A stretch of DNA of 64,000 nt from an uncultured bacterium (GCA_937943575.1 CALEAV010000007.1:80508-144507); one strand, 5' to 3'. Counted from the stretch's first letter, positions 41,031 to 51,050 are shown. The notes: generated from the letters alone by a model not told the origin. A program made the numbers and translations.

Positions 41031-41882
41031 TCAGCCCGTCGGGGCCTGGGGCGGACGTCGGGCCGGCTCTCTGAAGCCGTTGGCCTCCTTCACCCGCTCC
41101 AGATAACGCAGAAGGTCAAAGTCCACCCGGCGGTATTGTTCGTAGACCCGGCCTTTGGAAAGATAGCTGTGGATCACCTGCCGTTGCCAGGGGACAAAAC
41201 CCAGCTCGCCTGGAGAGGTGAGTTCGTGGCTCATGAAATTGGGGGTGACGCCATCCGGCAGATGGTCCTCCACCGGGTCATTCACAAATTCATGGCTGTG
41301 ATACAGCCCCATCAGATGCCCCAGCTCATGGATGAGGAGATGGGCCAGGAGGTGGACCTTGTCCCCCTCGGAATCCGCCTCCGGCCGCAACACCTGCTCA
41401 TGGAAGCGCCGGTAGGAGAAATGGATCACCGACAGGGGCAGATGTGCAAAGGCGTATTTGTTCCGGCAGACGGAGAGGAAACTGAGGCGAAAGGGGGGCG
41501 CCACCTGAAAGGCTTCGTAGGTGCGGTTGAGCCACTCCTGATAGGGCAGGACCTCCAGGCGCAGGCGCTCCGCCGGGGCCACCGGCCCGGGGCGGGGCCC
41601 GGCCGGCAGGTGCACCAGCTCCACCCCCAGGCGGCGGTAAAAGCGCTGCACCTTTCCCCATACCTGGGGGAAGGACCGGGCGAAGGGCTGCAGCTCCTCC
41701 AGGGGGGCGATGTAGACCTCCACCTTCACCGCCTTGGGGCTTAGGTCCACGGGCCCCAGCCGCCGCAGGTCAAACAGGGCCCGCTCCTCCGGGTTCGGCG
41801 CCGGGGGTCCGGCCGCCCCGGCGGCCGCCGCCATCCCGGCCCACAGCAGGGCCGCCATCACCAGCAGGCTCAGAAATTTCAC
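41031..41882 (-). CDS. Secreted metzincin-like zinc metalloprotease (HExxHxxGxxH)
   Basis: GTG start at 41882 gives the signal peptide [25 protein letters not shown]. Zinc motif [11 protein letters not shown], with a downstream Met (PNFMSHE) as a possible Met-turn. Confidence 0.65.
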   Translation of the reverse strand: MKFLSLLVMAALLWAGMAAAAGAAGPPAPNPEERALFDLRRLGPVDLSPKAVKVEVYIAPLEELQPFARSFPQVWGKVQRFYRRLGVELVHLPAGPRPGPVAPAERLRLEVLPYQEWLNRTYEAFQVAPPFRLSFLSVCRNKYAFAHLPLSVIHFSYRRFHEQVLRPEADSEGDKVHLLAHLLIHELGHLMGLYHSHEFVNDPVEDHLPDGVTPNFMSHELTSPGELGFVPWQRQVIHSYLSKGRVYEQYRRVDFDLLRYLERVKEANGFREPARRPPQAPTG

Positions 41883-41948
41883 CGCCCCACCCTTGCCATT
41901 TCGGCCCGTTGGGGTAAATTTAATGGGTTGCAAAAGGAGAAGATGACC

Positions 41949-42140
41949 ATGGCCTATACCTGTGAGATCTGCGGCAAACGGCCCCAGGTGGGGAACAACG
42001 TCAGCCACGCCAACAACCGCACCAAACGGCGCTGGAAGCCGAACTTGAGGCGGGTGCGGGCCCTCCGCTCCGGCACCGTCCGCTACCTCCGGGTGTGCAC
42101 CCGCTGCCTGCGCTCCGGCGCGGTGGTGAAGCCGGCCTGA
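41949..42140 (+). CDS. rpmB: 50S ribosomal protein L28
   Basis: [33 protein letters not shown]...[19 protein letters not shown] lies 9 nt upstream of ATG 41949. Confidence 0.9.
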   Translation: MAYTCEICGKRPQVGNNVSHANNRTKRRWKPNLRRVRALRSGTVRYLRVCTRCLRSGAVVKPA

Positions 42141-42343
42141 GACCTCCGGGCGGGGCGGACGGCACCGGCCCGGCGCGGCCCGTATCCTGGGGGAGGGGGG
42201 CAGCTAGCCCAGTCCCCCTTTCCCACCCGGAAGCCTGATCTGGGGGGGCGGGCAGCCGCTTCCTCCCTGCCTCTCCAGATGGCCTGAGTGCGTTACAGTC
42301 CTGCATTTGCCTCCCCCGCCCCGGGCGGCTCCCGGAACCTCCC

Positions 42344-44479
42344 TTACCCGGTCACCCGCCTGACCGAGATCACTTCCTTGAGGCGCTTGATGGCCGCCAG
42401 CACCCGCTCCAGGTGTTGCTGGTCCGAGACCTGCACGGTGAAATTCGCAATCCCCCGGTTATCGGCGGTGGTCTCCACCGAGGCCTTGGTGACGTTGACG
42501 TCCGCCGCCTTCAGGGCTCCGGTGATATCCGCCAGCATGCCGGGCTTGTCCACCGTGACCACCTGGATGCGGGCGGGGTAGAGCTTCTGCTGGTGGCCGT
42601 CCCACTCCGCCGGAATCTGGCGGAAGGATTCGGTGCGGGCCAGATAGGGGCAGTCCGCCCGGTGGATGGTGATCCCCTTGCCCCGGGTGATGTAGCCGAT
42701 GATGGCATCCCCGGGGATGGGCTGGCAGCAGCTGGCCAAACGGATGAGCAGATCCTGCAGGTCCTTGATGCGGATGGGTCCCAGGTCCTTGGGGGGCTTG
42801 ACCTCCAGCTCGGTGACCGGCTCGGGCTCGGGGGCCTGGGTCTTGAGGAGCCGCCCCACCACCTGGCCGGCGGAATACTTGCCGTGGCCGATGGCTTCAA
42901 AGAGGTCGTCCAGGCGCACCAGGGAGAGCTCCTGGGCCACCTTGCGCAGCTCCTCCCCCTCCTTGAGGTGCTTAAGCAGCCCGTGCTTGCGCAGCTCCCT
43001 CTCCAAAAGCTCCTTGCCCAGGGCGATGCTCTGGTCCCGCTCCGCCGCCTTGAGCCACTGGCGGATCTTGGTGCGGGCCCGGGAGGTCTTGACAAACTGG
43101 AGCCAGTCCCGGTTGGGACGCTGGTTGGGGGAGGTGAGGATCTCCACCGTATCGCCGTTCTGCAGCTCATAGCGCAAAGGCACCATGCGGCCGTTGACCT
43201 TGGCCCCCACACAGGTGTGCCCCACTTCGGTATGGATGGCGTAGGCGAAATCCACCGGAGTGGAGCCCCGGGGCAGCTCCTTCACCTCCCCTTTGGGCGT
43301 AAAGACGTAAACTTCATCGGGGTAGAGCTCCAGTCGCACCCCTTCCAGGAGCTCCTCGGGGCTGGTGAGGTCCCGCTGCAGATCCACCATCTGCCGCAGC
43401 CAGGCGAAGCGCTGGGCGTCCTTCTCCACCAGGGCCCGCTTCTCCTTGTAGCCCCAGTGGGCGGCGATGCCCTCCTCCGCCACCCGGTGCATCTCATGGG
43501 TGCGGATCTGCACCTCCATGCGCTCGCCATAGGGCCCGATGACCGTGGTGTGGATGGACTGGTAGAGGTTGGCCTTGGGCATGCCGATGTAGTCCTTGAG
43601 CCGGCCCGGCACCGGCCGGAAATAGTGGTGGATGATCCCTAAGGCCTCGTAGCATTCCCCCACGGTGTTGAGGATGATGCGGAAGGCCAGGATGTCGTGC
43701 AGTTCGTCCAGGGCGATCTGCTGGGCCTGGATTTTGCGATAAATGCTGTAATAATTCTTCAGGCGGCCGCTCACTTCCCCGTCCAGGCCGTGCTCCTTCA
43801 GTTTGGCCCGGAGAATTTCACAAACTTCCTGGATATATTTCTCCCGCTCCCCCTTTTTGCGCATCAGGCCTTCCTGGATCTGCTGGTAGGCCTCGGGTTC
43901 CAGGTAAAAGAAGGAGAGATCCTCCAGCTCGGCCTTGAGGCGGAACATCCCCAGGCGGCCGGCCAGGGGCGCGTAGATGTCCAGGGTCTCCCGGGCGACG
44001 CGCTTCTGCTTGGCGGGCTCCATATAGCCCAGGGTGCGCATGTTGTGCACCCGGTCGGCCAGCTTCACCAGGAGCACCCGGATGTCCTTGGACATGGAGA
44101 GGACCATCTTCCGGAGGTATTCCGCCTGCTGGGTGAGCTTGTCCCCGAAGGTGAGCTGCCCGATCTTGGTCACCCCGTTGACGATGTCGGTGACTTCCTC
44201 CCCGAAGTATTCGTCCAGCTCGTCCAAAGTGGCGGCGGTATCCTCCACCGTGTCGTGCAACAGACCGCAGGAGACGGTGACGGGCCCCAGACCCATCTGG
44301 GCCAGGATGTAGGCCACTTCCAGGGGGTGGGAGAGGTAGGGTTCGCCGCTTAAGCGGGTCTGGCCTTCGTGGGCCTTGGCGGAGAAGATGTAGGCCTTCT
44401 GAATGAGGGAGGTATCCGCCCCCGGGTGGTGTTTGAGGACTTCCTCTTCAATGTCCTGGAGGCGGATGATCCTACCCAT
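42344..44479 (-). CDS. rel: Bifunctional (p)ppGpp synthetase/hydrolase (RelA/SpoT homolog)
   Basis: HD hydrolase motifs ([18 protein letters not shown]), synthetase domain (YRSIHTTV-like [10 protein letters not shown]), TGS and C-terminal ACT domain. Confidence 0.95.
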   Translation of the reverse strand: MGRIIRLQDIEEEVLKHHPGADTSLIQKAYIFSAKAHEGQTRLSGEPYLSHPLEVAYILAQMGLGPVTVSCGLLHDTVEDTAATLDELDEYFGEEVTDIVNGVTKIGQLTFGDKLTQQAEYLRKMVLSMSKDIRVLLVKLADRVHNMRTLGYMEPAKQKRVARETLDIYAPLAGRLGMFRLKAELEDLSFFYLEPEAYQQIQEGLMRKKGEREKYIQEVCEILRAKLKEHGLDGEVSGRLKNYYSIYRKIQAQQIALDELHDILAFRIILNTVGECYEALGIIHHYFRPVPGRLKDYIGMPKANLYQSIHTTVIGPYGERMEVQIRTHEMHRVAEEGIAAHWGYKEKRALVEKDAQRFAWLRQMVDLQRDLTSPEELLEGVRLELYPDEVYVFTPKGEVKELPRGSTPVDFAYAIHTEVGHTCVGAKVNGRMVPLRYELQNGDTVEILTSPNQRPNRDWLQFVKTSRARTKIRQWLKAAERDQSIALGKELLERELRKHGLLKHLKEGEELRKVAQELSLVRLDDLFEAIGHGKYSAGQVVGRLLKTQAPEPEPVTELEVKPPKDLGPIRIKDLQDLLIRLASCCQPIPGDAIIGYITRGKGITIHRADCPYLARTESFRQIPAEWDGHQQKLYPARIQVVTVDKPGMLADITGALKAADVNVTKASVETTADNRGIANFTVQVSDQQHLERVLAAIKRLKEVISVRRVTG

Positions 44480-46193
44480 GGAGTTCTTGAGCGATCTGTG
44501 CCGTGAGCACGTCTTTCAGTTTGTCCAGCTCGACGAAGGTGATGTCCCGGGTGCGCCGATGCCTGATTTCGGCCCGACCCTGGGCCAGGGTCTTGGGCCC
44601 CAGCACCACCCGCAAGGGGATGCCCAACAGGTCGCAGTCCTTGAACTTCACCCCCGGCCGCTCATCCCGGTCGTCCAGGAGCACCTCCACCCCGGCGGCG
44701 GCAAGCTCCTCATAGACCCGGAAGGCGGCCCCCCGGGTGGCCTCCTCCTCCAGGCTGATGGGGATGAGCATCACCTGAAAGGGGGCCAGGGCCATGGGCC
44801 AGATGATGCCGTCGGCGTCGTGCCCCTGCTCAATGGCCGCGGCCACGATCCGGGACACCCCGATGCCATAGCAGCCCATGAAGAAAAAGCGCTCCTCCCC
44901 GTTGGCGTCCAGGAAGGTGGCCTTGAGGGCCTGGGAGTATTTGGTCCCCAGTTTGAAGATGTGGCCCACCTCAATGCCCTTGAGCAAGGTGAGGCGGCCG
45001 CCGCAGCGGGGGCAGGGGTCATTTTCGGTGACTTGGCGCAGGTCCGCCACCCGGAAGGGCTGGAAATCCCGCCCCGGCACCACTCCCGCCAGATGACAGC
45101 CGCTTCGGTTGGCGCCGGTGATGCAGGCGGCCAGGGACATCACGGCCTGGTCCGCATACAGGGGGAGACGGAGGCCCACCGGGCCGCTGAAGCCCACTTC
45201 GGCGCCGGTGAGCTCCTCCACCCGGGCCGGCCCGGCCAGATAGAGGTCGGTGACCCCCAAAAGGTTTTTCACCTTGACCTCGTTGACCTCATGGTCCCCC
45301 CGCAACAGCACCGCCACCGGTCCCTGCTCGGTCTCATAGATGAGGGTTTTGACAATCTCCGCAGGAGCGGCCCGGAAAAAGGCGGCCACCTCCTCCACGG
45401 TGCGCACCCCGGGGGTGGCCACCTCCTGGTACGGCTCCCCCCCGGCTGCCGGAGCCGGCCGGGGATTGGGGGCCACCGCCTCGGCCTTCTCCAGGTTGGC
45501 GGCGTAGTCGCAGGCCGTGCAGGAGGCCAGGGTGTCCTCGCCGGTGTCGGCCAGCACCATGAATTCGTGGGAGAAGCTGCCGCCGATGGGGCCGGTGTCC
45601 GCCTCCACCACCTTGAAGTCCAGACCGCAGCGCCGAAAGATGCGGCTGTAGGCCTCATACATGGCCTGGTAGGTGACCTCGGCCTGGGCTTCGTCCACGT
45701 CGAAGCTGTAGCCGTCCTTCATGATGAACTCCCGGCCCCGGATGAGGCCGAAGCGGGGCCGGATCTCGTCCCGGAACTTCACCTGGATCTGGTAGAGGTT
45801 CAAGGGGAGCTGCCGGTAGGAGTGCACCTCCCGGCGCACCAGGTCGGTGATGACCTCCTCGTGGGTGGGGCCAAAACAGCAGTCCCGCTGGTGGCGGTCC
45901 TTGAAGCGCAGCAGCTCCTTGCCGTAGACCTGCCAGCGGCCGGACTCCAGCCACAGTTCGGCGGGCTGCACCGCCGGCAGCAGCACCTCCAGGGCCCCGG
46001 CCCGGTTCATCTCCTCCCGGACGATGGCCTCCACCTTGCGCAGCACCCTCAAGCCCAGGGGCAGGTAATTATAGATGCCCGAGGCCAGCTTGCGGATCAT
46101 GCCGGCCCGCAGGAGCAGGCGGTGCGACACCGCCTCGGCCTCGGCGGGGTTCTCCTTCAGGGTGGGGATGAGCAGCCGTGAATAGAGCATCAA
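44472..46193 (-). CDS. proS: Prolyl-tRNA synthetase (bacterial type with insertion/editing domain)
   Basis: [13 protein letters not shown], class II motifs, 573 aa. 8-nt overlap with rel. Confidence 0.95.
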   Translation of the reverse strand: MMLYSRLLIPTLKENPAEAEAVSHRLLLRAGMIRKLASGIYNYLPLGLRVLRKVEAIVREEMNRAGALEVLLPAVQPAELWLESGRWQVYGKELLRFKDRHQRDCCFGPTHEEVITDLVRREVHSYRQLPLNLYQIQVKFRDEIRPRFGLIRGREFIMKDGYSFDVDEAQAEVTYQAMYEAYSRIFRRCGLDFKVVEADTGPIGGSFSHEFMVLADTGEDTLASCTACDYAANLEKAEAVAPNPRPAPAAGGEPYQEVATPGVRTVEEVAAFFRAAPAEIVKTLIYETEQGPVAVLLRGDHEVNEVKVKNLLGVTDLYLAGPARVEELTGAEVGFSGPVGLRLPLYADQAVMSLAACITGANRSGCHLAGVVPGRDFQPFRVADLRQVTENDPCPRCGGRLTLLKGIEVGHIFKLGTKYSQALKATFLDANGEERFFFMGCYGIGVSRIVAAAIEQGHDADGIIWPMALAPFQVMLIPISLEEEATRGAAFRVYEELAAAGVEVLLDDRDERPGVKFKDCDLLGIPLRVVLGPKTLAQGRAEIRHRRTRDITFVELDKLKDVLTAQIAQELHG

Positions 46194-46211
46194 TACCTTC
46201 CTCCCCGGGTT

Positions 46212-46239
46212 ATTGTATCAAATCCCCCCGGACCGTCAA
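46212..46239 (-). promoter_or_regulatory. Sigma-70-like promoter TTGACG-N16-TACAAT for proS
   Basis: Minus-strand TTGACG (46239-46234) and TACAAT (46217-46212), followed by GGGGAGGAAGG and the proS ATG at 46193. Consensus match only. Confidence 0.5.
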
Positions 46240-47407
46240 AGCGGGGGCCGAAGGGGCGGGGCCTCCTCCATCACCAAAAGAGGCCAACCGGATCGGGCCC
46301 CATCGGCCGGCTCACCCCAGGGCGCGGCTTGCCTGAAGGCCGGGGCGCCAGGAATTTGTCGGGAACCGGGCCCTGCTCACCTCCCCACCCCTTTCCTGCC
46401 CCACCGCCTTTGGGGGGATTTCGGGTAACTCTGATTTCCTTGGAGATTGATGAGGTCGCGCAGATGACCGGGGGTCTGGGCCGGCTGCCCCCTGCCTTCT
46501 CTCACCAGCCCTGCTTCTTATCGGCGCCCTTCCGAGGGACGCGGGCCGGGGATCCACGGGCCCGGCGGCGCGGCCTGCCCCCCGGCCCTCCACCCGGCCG
46601 CCGTCCTTTCCCCGGCGGTTTTGCCGAGGTCCACGGCAAAGGCCTGGTGGCCCGCCTCCTTGGCCGCCATGAAGATCCCTTCCCCGCCCCCGCTTCGGGG
46701 TGGGCCGGCATTTTCCCGCCCAACTCCAGGACATGGAGGGAGACATTGTCATAGGCGCCCCACCTTGGGGTCGCTGCCGGCCGCCAGCCCCCGGCCTTCG
46801 CCTTCCATCCCCCTTTCACCCAGGGCCTGGCCCGGGCCCCGCCAGGACCGGGACGGGGGGAGACTGAGGGGGGTTAAACCCCCCACCCGAATCCGGCGCC
46901 CTTGGGCACCTTACCGTGGCGGTCCATTTTGCCCCTGCCTGCCGGGTTCTTGCCGCCCATACTCCCTTTGGCCCGCGGTGAGGAGGGCCCCTCCCGGGCC
47001 CCTCTCCCCGGAGCAGGCGGGGGAGCCCCTCGCCCCAGGGGGAGGATGCAGCCCTCCTTGCCCTCACGGCCCAAAGTTGCCCACCGTAGGTCCGCAAGCC
47101 CGCCGCCAGGCGGGCCGGCCCCCGGTCATCCCGGCCGGAGGCGGCCCTTTACCCTGCACCCATGGGAACGAAGCCAAGATGTCCCGGCGGGCTTCCCTCC
47201 CCCCGGGGCTGGATGCCGCCATCTGGCGGAGACGGGCGCGAAATGCGCATCCCGGGGCGGGCCGGGGGGCGGCAGCCTGGCCATGTCCTGACTGACCTCT
47301 GGCAGAGACTGCAGCAAAGGCAGGTGTCGAGTATTCGGCGGGACGACCCCCGGCGGCCTGCCGGAGCCGGATTCCCCGAGGGCGCCGAACTCAGGGACTG
47401 GAAATTG

Positions 47408-49126
47408 TCATTCCGCCCCGAAGAGGGGCACCATCTGGAAGCGGTCCACATCCACCAGGCCCCGGTCGGTGAGCTTCAGGGCCGGAATGACGGGGAGAGC
47501 CAGGAAGGACAGGGCCATGAAGGGGTCCGGCAGGGTGCCCCCCAGGTCGTGATAGGCTGCCTGGAGGCCCCGGAGGCGGGCGGCCACCTGGGGCAGGGGA
47601 GCCGGGCTCAGCAGGCCGGCGATGGGCAGGGGGAGCTCCGCCAGCACCCGCCCCCCGGCCGCCACCGCCAGACCGCCGCCCTGGCGGATCACCGTGTCCG
47701 CCGCCAGAAGCATGTCGTCGTCCGTCACCCCGGCCACCACCAGGTTGTGGGAGTCGTGGGCCACCGAGGAGGCCAAGGCCCCGGCTTTCAGGCCGAAGCC
47801 CCGGACCAGCCCGAGACCCAGGTTGCCGGTGCCGTGGTGGCGTTCGATGACCGCCAGCTTGAGGAGGTCCCGCCCGGGGTCGGCGGCCAGGCGGCCGTCT
47901 TGGGCCGGGGTGGGAAGCACCAGCTTGTCGGTGAGGAGCTGGCCGGGGATGAGGCCGATGACCTTCACCACCTCTCCGGTAACCGGGGGTGAGAGGGCCT
48001 CCCGGGTGAGTCCCCGGACCTGAAATCCCCGGGACGGCGGAGGGGCGGCCGGCTCCGGCAGCTGTGAGATGAGGACCCCGTCCCGGGCCACCGGGCGGCC
48101 GTCCTTGAGCACCAGCCGCACCCGGAAGTCCCTGAGGTCCTCCACCACCACCAGGTCCGCCCGGCAGCCCGGGGCGATGGCCCCCCGGTCCCGGAGGCGG
48201 AAATACTCGGCAGGATTGAGGGTGACCAGGGTCACGGCCAGCAGGGGATCCACGCCCAGTTCCACCAGCCGGGCCAGACGCCGGTTGAGGTGGCCCGCCT
48301 CCAGGTCCAGGGGGTGGCAGTCGTCGGTCACCACCATGACCCGGCGCCAGGCCGCCGGCGGCACCCCGGGCAGGAGCGCCGCCAGGTTCTTGGCCAGACT
48401 GCCCTCCCGGGCCATGAGGTAAAACCCGGCCCTGAGCTTCTCCCGGGCCTCCGCGGCCGAGGTGCATTCATGATCCGAGGCGATGCCGGCCAGGCGGTAG
48501 GCCTGCAGGGCCTTGCCGGAGAGGCCCGGGGCGTGGCCGTCCACCGGCCCTTCGGGAAAGAGGCTCAATTTGGCCAGCAGGCCGGCATCGCCGGCGAGCA
48601 CCCCGGGGAAATTCATCACTTCCGCCAGACCCAGGACCCGGGGATGGCGTCGAAACGGCTCCAGGTCCGCCGCCTCCACCCGGGCCCCGGCGGTCTCCAG
48701 GGGCGAGGCCGGCACACACGAGGGCAGCATGAAGAAAAAGTCCAGGGGCAGCCCCTGGCTGGCGGCCAGGAGGTACTCCAGGCCCGCCGTGCCCCAGACG
48801 TTGACGATTTCATGGGGGTCGGCCACCACCGCGGTGGTGCCGCAGGGCACAAGGGCCCGGGCCAGCTCCGGGGGGGTGAGGAGACTGCTTTCCAGATGCA
48901 GGTGTCCGTCGATAAAGCCGGGGAGAAGAAAGCCGCCCTCCAGATCCAGCCTCGGGCCGGCATACCCCTCCCCCAGCCCGGCCACCATGCCCTCACCCAG
49001 GGCCACCTCCTGCTCCAGCCACTCCCCGGTGAAGACGCTGGCCACCCGGCCACCGGCAAGCACCAGGTCCGCCGGGGCCTCCCCCTTGGCCACCGCCAGC
49101 CGCCGGCGCCATCCTCCCAGGTCCAT
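47408..49126 (-). CDS. ade: Adenine deaminase
   Basis: Start trimmed to MDLGGWRRR (ATG 49126). GFIDGHLHLESS metal-binding motif; 572 aa amidohydrolase with Ade C-terminal domain. Confidence 0.88.
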   Translation of the reverse strand: MDLGGWRRRLAVAKGEAPADLVLAGGRVASVFTGEWLEQEVALGEGMVAGLGEGYAGPRLDLEGGFLLPGFIDGHLHLESSLLTPPELARALVPCGTTAVVADPHEIVNVWGTAGLEYLLAASQGLPLDFFFMLPSCVPASPLETAGARVEAADLEPFRRHPRVLGLAEVMNFPGVLAGDAGLLAKLSLFPEGPVDGHAPGLSGKALQAYRLAGIASDHECTSAAEAREKLRAGFYLMAREGSLAKNLAALLPGVPPAAWRRVMVVTDDCHPLDLEAGHLNRRLARLVELGVDPLLAVTLVTLNPAEYFRLRDRGAIAPGCRADLVVVEDLRDFRVRLVLKDGRPVARDGVLISQLPEPAAPPPSRGFQVRGLTREALSPPVTGEVVKVIGLIPGQLLTDKLVLPTPAQDGRLAADPGRDLLKLAVIERHHGTGNLGLGLVRGFGLKAGALASSVAHDSHNLVVAGVTDDDMLLAADTVIRQGGGLAVAAGGRVLAELPLPIAGLLSPAPLPQVAARLRGLQAAYHDLGGTLPDPFMALSFLALPVIPALKLTDRGLVDVDRFQMVPLFGAE

Positions 49127-49206
49127 CCAGGCTTTCTTCCCTTCCTTAATCTGCCGGGAACAGTTTCCCCGCACTATCGCGCCCCGGGGCCTTCGGGACA
49201 AGCCGG

Positions 49207-49234
49207 AAAAAGGCCACCGGCGTCTGACCGCCGG
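49207..49234 (-). terminator. Possible terminator-like hairpin between the flagellar-tail gene and ade
   Basis: Minus strand CCGGCG-GUCAGA-CGCCGG, then UGGCC and U5. The U-tract is offset from the stem, so this is weak. Confidence 0.3.
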
Positions 49235-49553
49235 CGAAATCACCTGCGGGACACAACGATACCGTTAGATAAGTGGGGAGGACGGTGCCCCCCCTTTCCT
49301 CAACTTGTCAGGGGCATCCAGGCCAAGGCCTCAATCGTTGACGGGGCGGGGCCGGGAGAGGGCGGCCCCTCTCGCAAAGGGTGGTTGGCACATCCTTACA
49401 ATAAGCGGGAGGTCATGGGCAAGCAGAAGCAGGGGGGAGTCCCAAACGGGCCTTTCACCTTCCGAGAAGAATCCGGCCTGTGTGACCGACATGGCCAGGC
49501 TGCTCTGGGCTGCCATGCCTGGCGACGGGAATCCCCCCTGCCTCCGGGCCTCC

Positions 49554-49976
49554 TCAGGCGGGGCGGAGGCGGGCCAGTTCCAAAGCCACCTTGACCTCCG
49601 CCAGCCGCAGGCCCAGGCGCCGGGCTATCTCCTCCGGCCGCAGCCCCTGGCGGGAAAGCTCCTCCACCTGGGCCCGCAGACTGGCGCCGCTTCCCGGCTC
49701 AGGCACCATCCGGAGGCTTGCCGGCCGGTCTTGGGGGGTCGCCAGGAGACGATCCTCCAGGCCCTGGGCGGCGATCTCCAACTGGGAGATCCGGTTTTCC
49801 ACCCCCGTCAGTCGCTGCTCCAACGCCGTCAGGGCGGCCATGGGGGGGTCCACCCCCGAAAGCCTGTCGGGGGAGCGGGACCAGTGCCGCAGGCGCAGGA
49901 GATACCAGGCCACCACCCCCACCAGCACGGCCTCCAGGGCGATCTGCCCCCAGAGCCAATATTCCAGGTATTTCAT
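49554..49976 (-). CDS. DUF2802-like flagellar-locus protein (TM + coiled coil + C-terminal HTH-like segment)
   Basis: N-terminal TM (IALEAVLVGVVAWYLL) and C-terminal LSRQGLRPEEIARRLGLRLAEVKVALELARL. This resembles the DUF2802 pattern found at the ends of flagellar/chemotaxis clusters. Confidence 0.6.
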   Translation of the reverse strand: MKYLEYWLWGQIALEAVLVGVVAWYLLRLRHWSRSPDRLSGVDPPMAALTALEQRLTGVENRISQLEIAAQGLEDRLLATPQDRPASLRMVPEPGSGASLRAQVEELSRQGLRPEEIARRLGLRLAEVKVALELARLRPA

Positions 49977-50313
49977 CGTGTCCCACCTCCCTGCTCCGGG
50001 AAGGTGCTCCCGAAATCTCCTGGGCCCAACCTTGCCTCAAGGAGACCCGCCCGGGAGGACCGGGGCCGGGCCCCTGGTCTCCTCCCCCCATGCCCCGCCG
50101 CGGCGCCCCTGGCCCTGAAAAGAGCAGCCATGGGCATTCCCTTATCCCCGGCTCATGGCTAAAGTGCCGAGAGGTCCGAGAGACCAGCCGTGCCCTCTGC
50201 CTGAGCGGAACCAACGTGGTCCTGACGCCGTCAGGCCCTCTGTCCCCGGAACCCGAAGCCGGCAGCCGGGAGGCATGGGCCCAGGGAGCGCCCACCCCCC
50301 GCCTCCCCCGCCC

Positions 50314-50407
50314 GACAGCCGCGCGCCTCCCCGACCCGGCCAGGGGGGCAGCGCCGCCGGGTCCGTCCCCGCTTCCCACGCCGGACAGCCGCGCGCCTCC
50401 CCGACCC
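50314..50407. repeat. Direct repeat: two exact 24-nt copies (GACAGCCGCGCGCCTCCCCGACCC) 70 nt apart, within imperfect units of about 45 nt
   Basis: 50314-50337 and 50384-50407 are identical letter by letter. Flanking bases are partly similar. Confidence 0.85.
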
Positions 50408-50448
50408 CGCAGAATGCCTCCTCCGGAAAGTCACAGGCCGGGGTGGGG

Positions 50449-50634
50449 TCAGGCCCTGATGTCCACCCTGCCTTCCTGCCCGGGCGGCGGCATCTCCTCC
50501 GGCTCTTCCTGGTCAGGCCTCCTCCTCCCCGGGGACGGGGACCGCTGCATCCCTTGCCGGCGTTGACCGGGCGGATCCCCGAGGCGTTCCAGAATCAGGG
50601 GGTCGGCAATCTTCGGCACCTCACCGGCATCCAT
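50449..50634 (-). CDS. Possible small acidic/Pro-rich protein, 61 aa
   Basis: AGGAGG (50645-50640) sits 5 nt upstream of ATG 50634, immediately after the preceding stop. The sequence is low-complexity, so coding status is uncertain. Confidence 0.3.
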   Translation of the reverse strand: MDAGEVPKIADPLILERLGDPPGQRRQGMQRSPSPGRRRPDQEEPEEMPPPGQEGRVDIRA

Positions 50635-50645
50635 GGCATCCTCCT

Positions 50646-51050
50646 TCAGGGGCCGAGGAGGAAGGCGCGGCTGAGCCCCACCCGCCGGCTGGCCTCCTCC
50701 CCCAGGAGCCGCTTCAGCTCCCGGCGGACCTCCTCTTCCACATTGTCCTGACCGCGCTGCAAGGCCTCATAGACGGCGGCGCGCAAGCCCGGCTGTTCCA
50801 GTTGCCGGGCCAGCTTCTCCCCTTCCGGGTCAGCCACCATCAGATAGATCCTCTCCAGCCACACCCGGCGCGTCCGCTCCCGAAAGAGGTAAAACGGGGT
50901 GCTCAGCCGGGGGTGGGCGGACTCCGGGAAATCCTCCTCCATCGACGGGCGAGCCTCCGGCGGCGGAGGATATGTTGCCGCCATGGCGGTGAAAAACCCC
51001 AGCAGCACCAGCCCTGCCGCCGCACCCCAGGGGAGGAGGCGCCGCATCAC
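50646..51050 (-). CDS. Hypothetical membrane-anchored protein, FliL-like C-terminal pattern
   Basis: Signal/TM N-terminus and ATGA overlap with the fliA stop. RVWLERIYLMVADPEGEKLARQLEQPGLRAAVYEAL...ELKRLLGEE...V parallels the FliL block seen in the bona fide fliL at 60645-61112 (by-eye comparison). Confidence 0.55.
   Translation of the reverse strand: MMRRLLPWGAAAGLVLLGFFTAMAATYPPPPEARPSMEEDFPESAHPRLSTPFYLFRERTRRVWLERIYLMVADPEGEKLARQLEQPGLRAAVYEALQRGQDNVEEEVRRELKRLLGEEASRRVGLSRAFLLGP

Noticed and set aside
46213-47451. Individual ORFs inside the ade-proS gap (for example 46621..47295 + at 224 aa, 46312..46752 -, 46502..46819 -, 46816..47097 -, 47149..47451 -) as genes.
   Set aside because: The translations are dominated by Gly/Pro/Arg runs with no motifs. 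Only short sub-segments look coding, and these switch frame. The interval is therefore reported as a finding (possible decay or frameshift), not as CDS features.
49127-49330. Purine riboswitch upstream of adenine deaminase.
   Set aside because: There is no UAUAAUCGCGUGGAUAUGGCACGCAAGUUUCUACCGGGCACCGUAAAUGUCCGACUAUG-like core. Only a hairpin with an offset U-tract is present.
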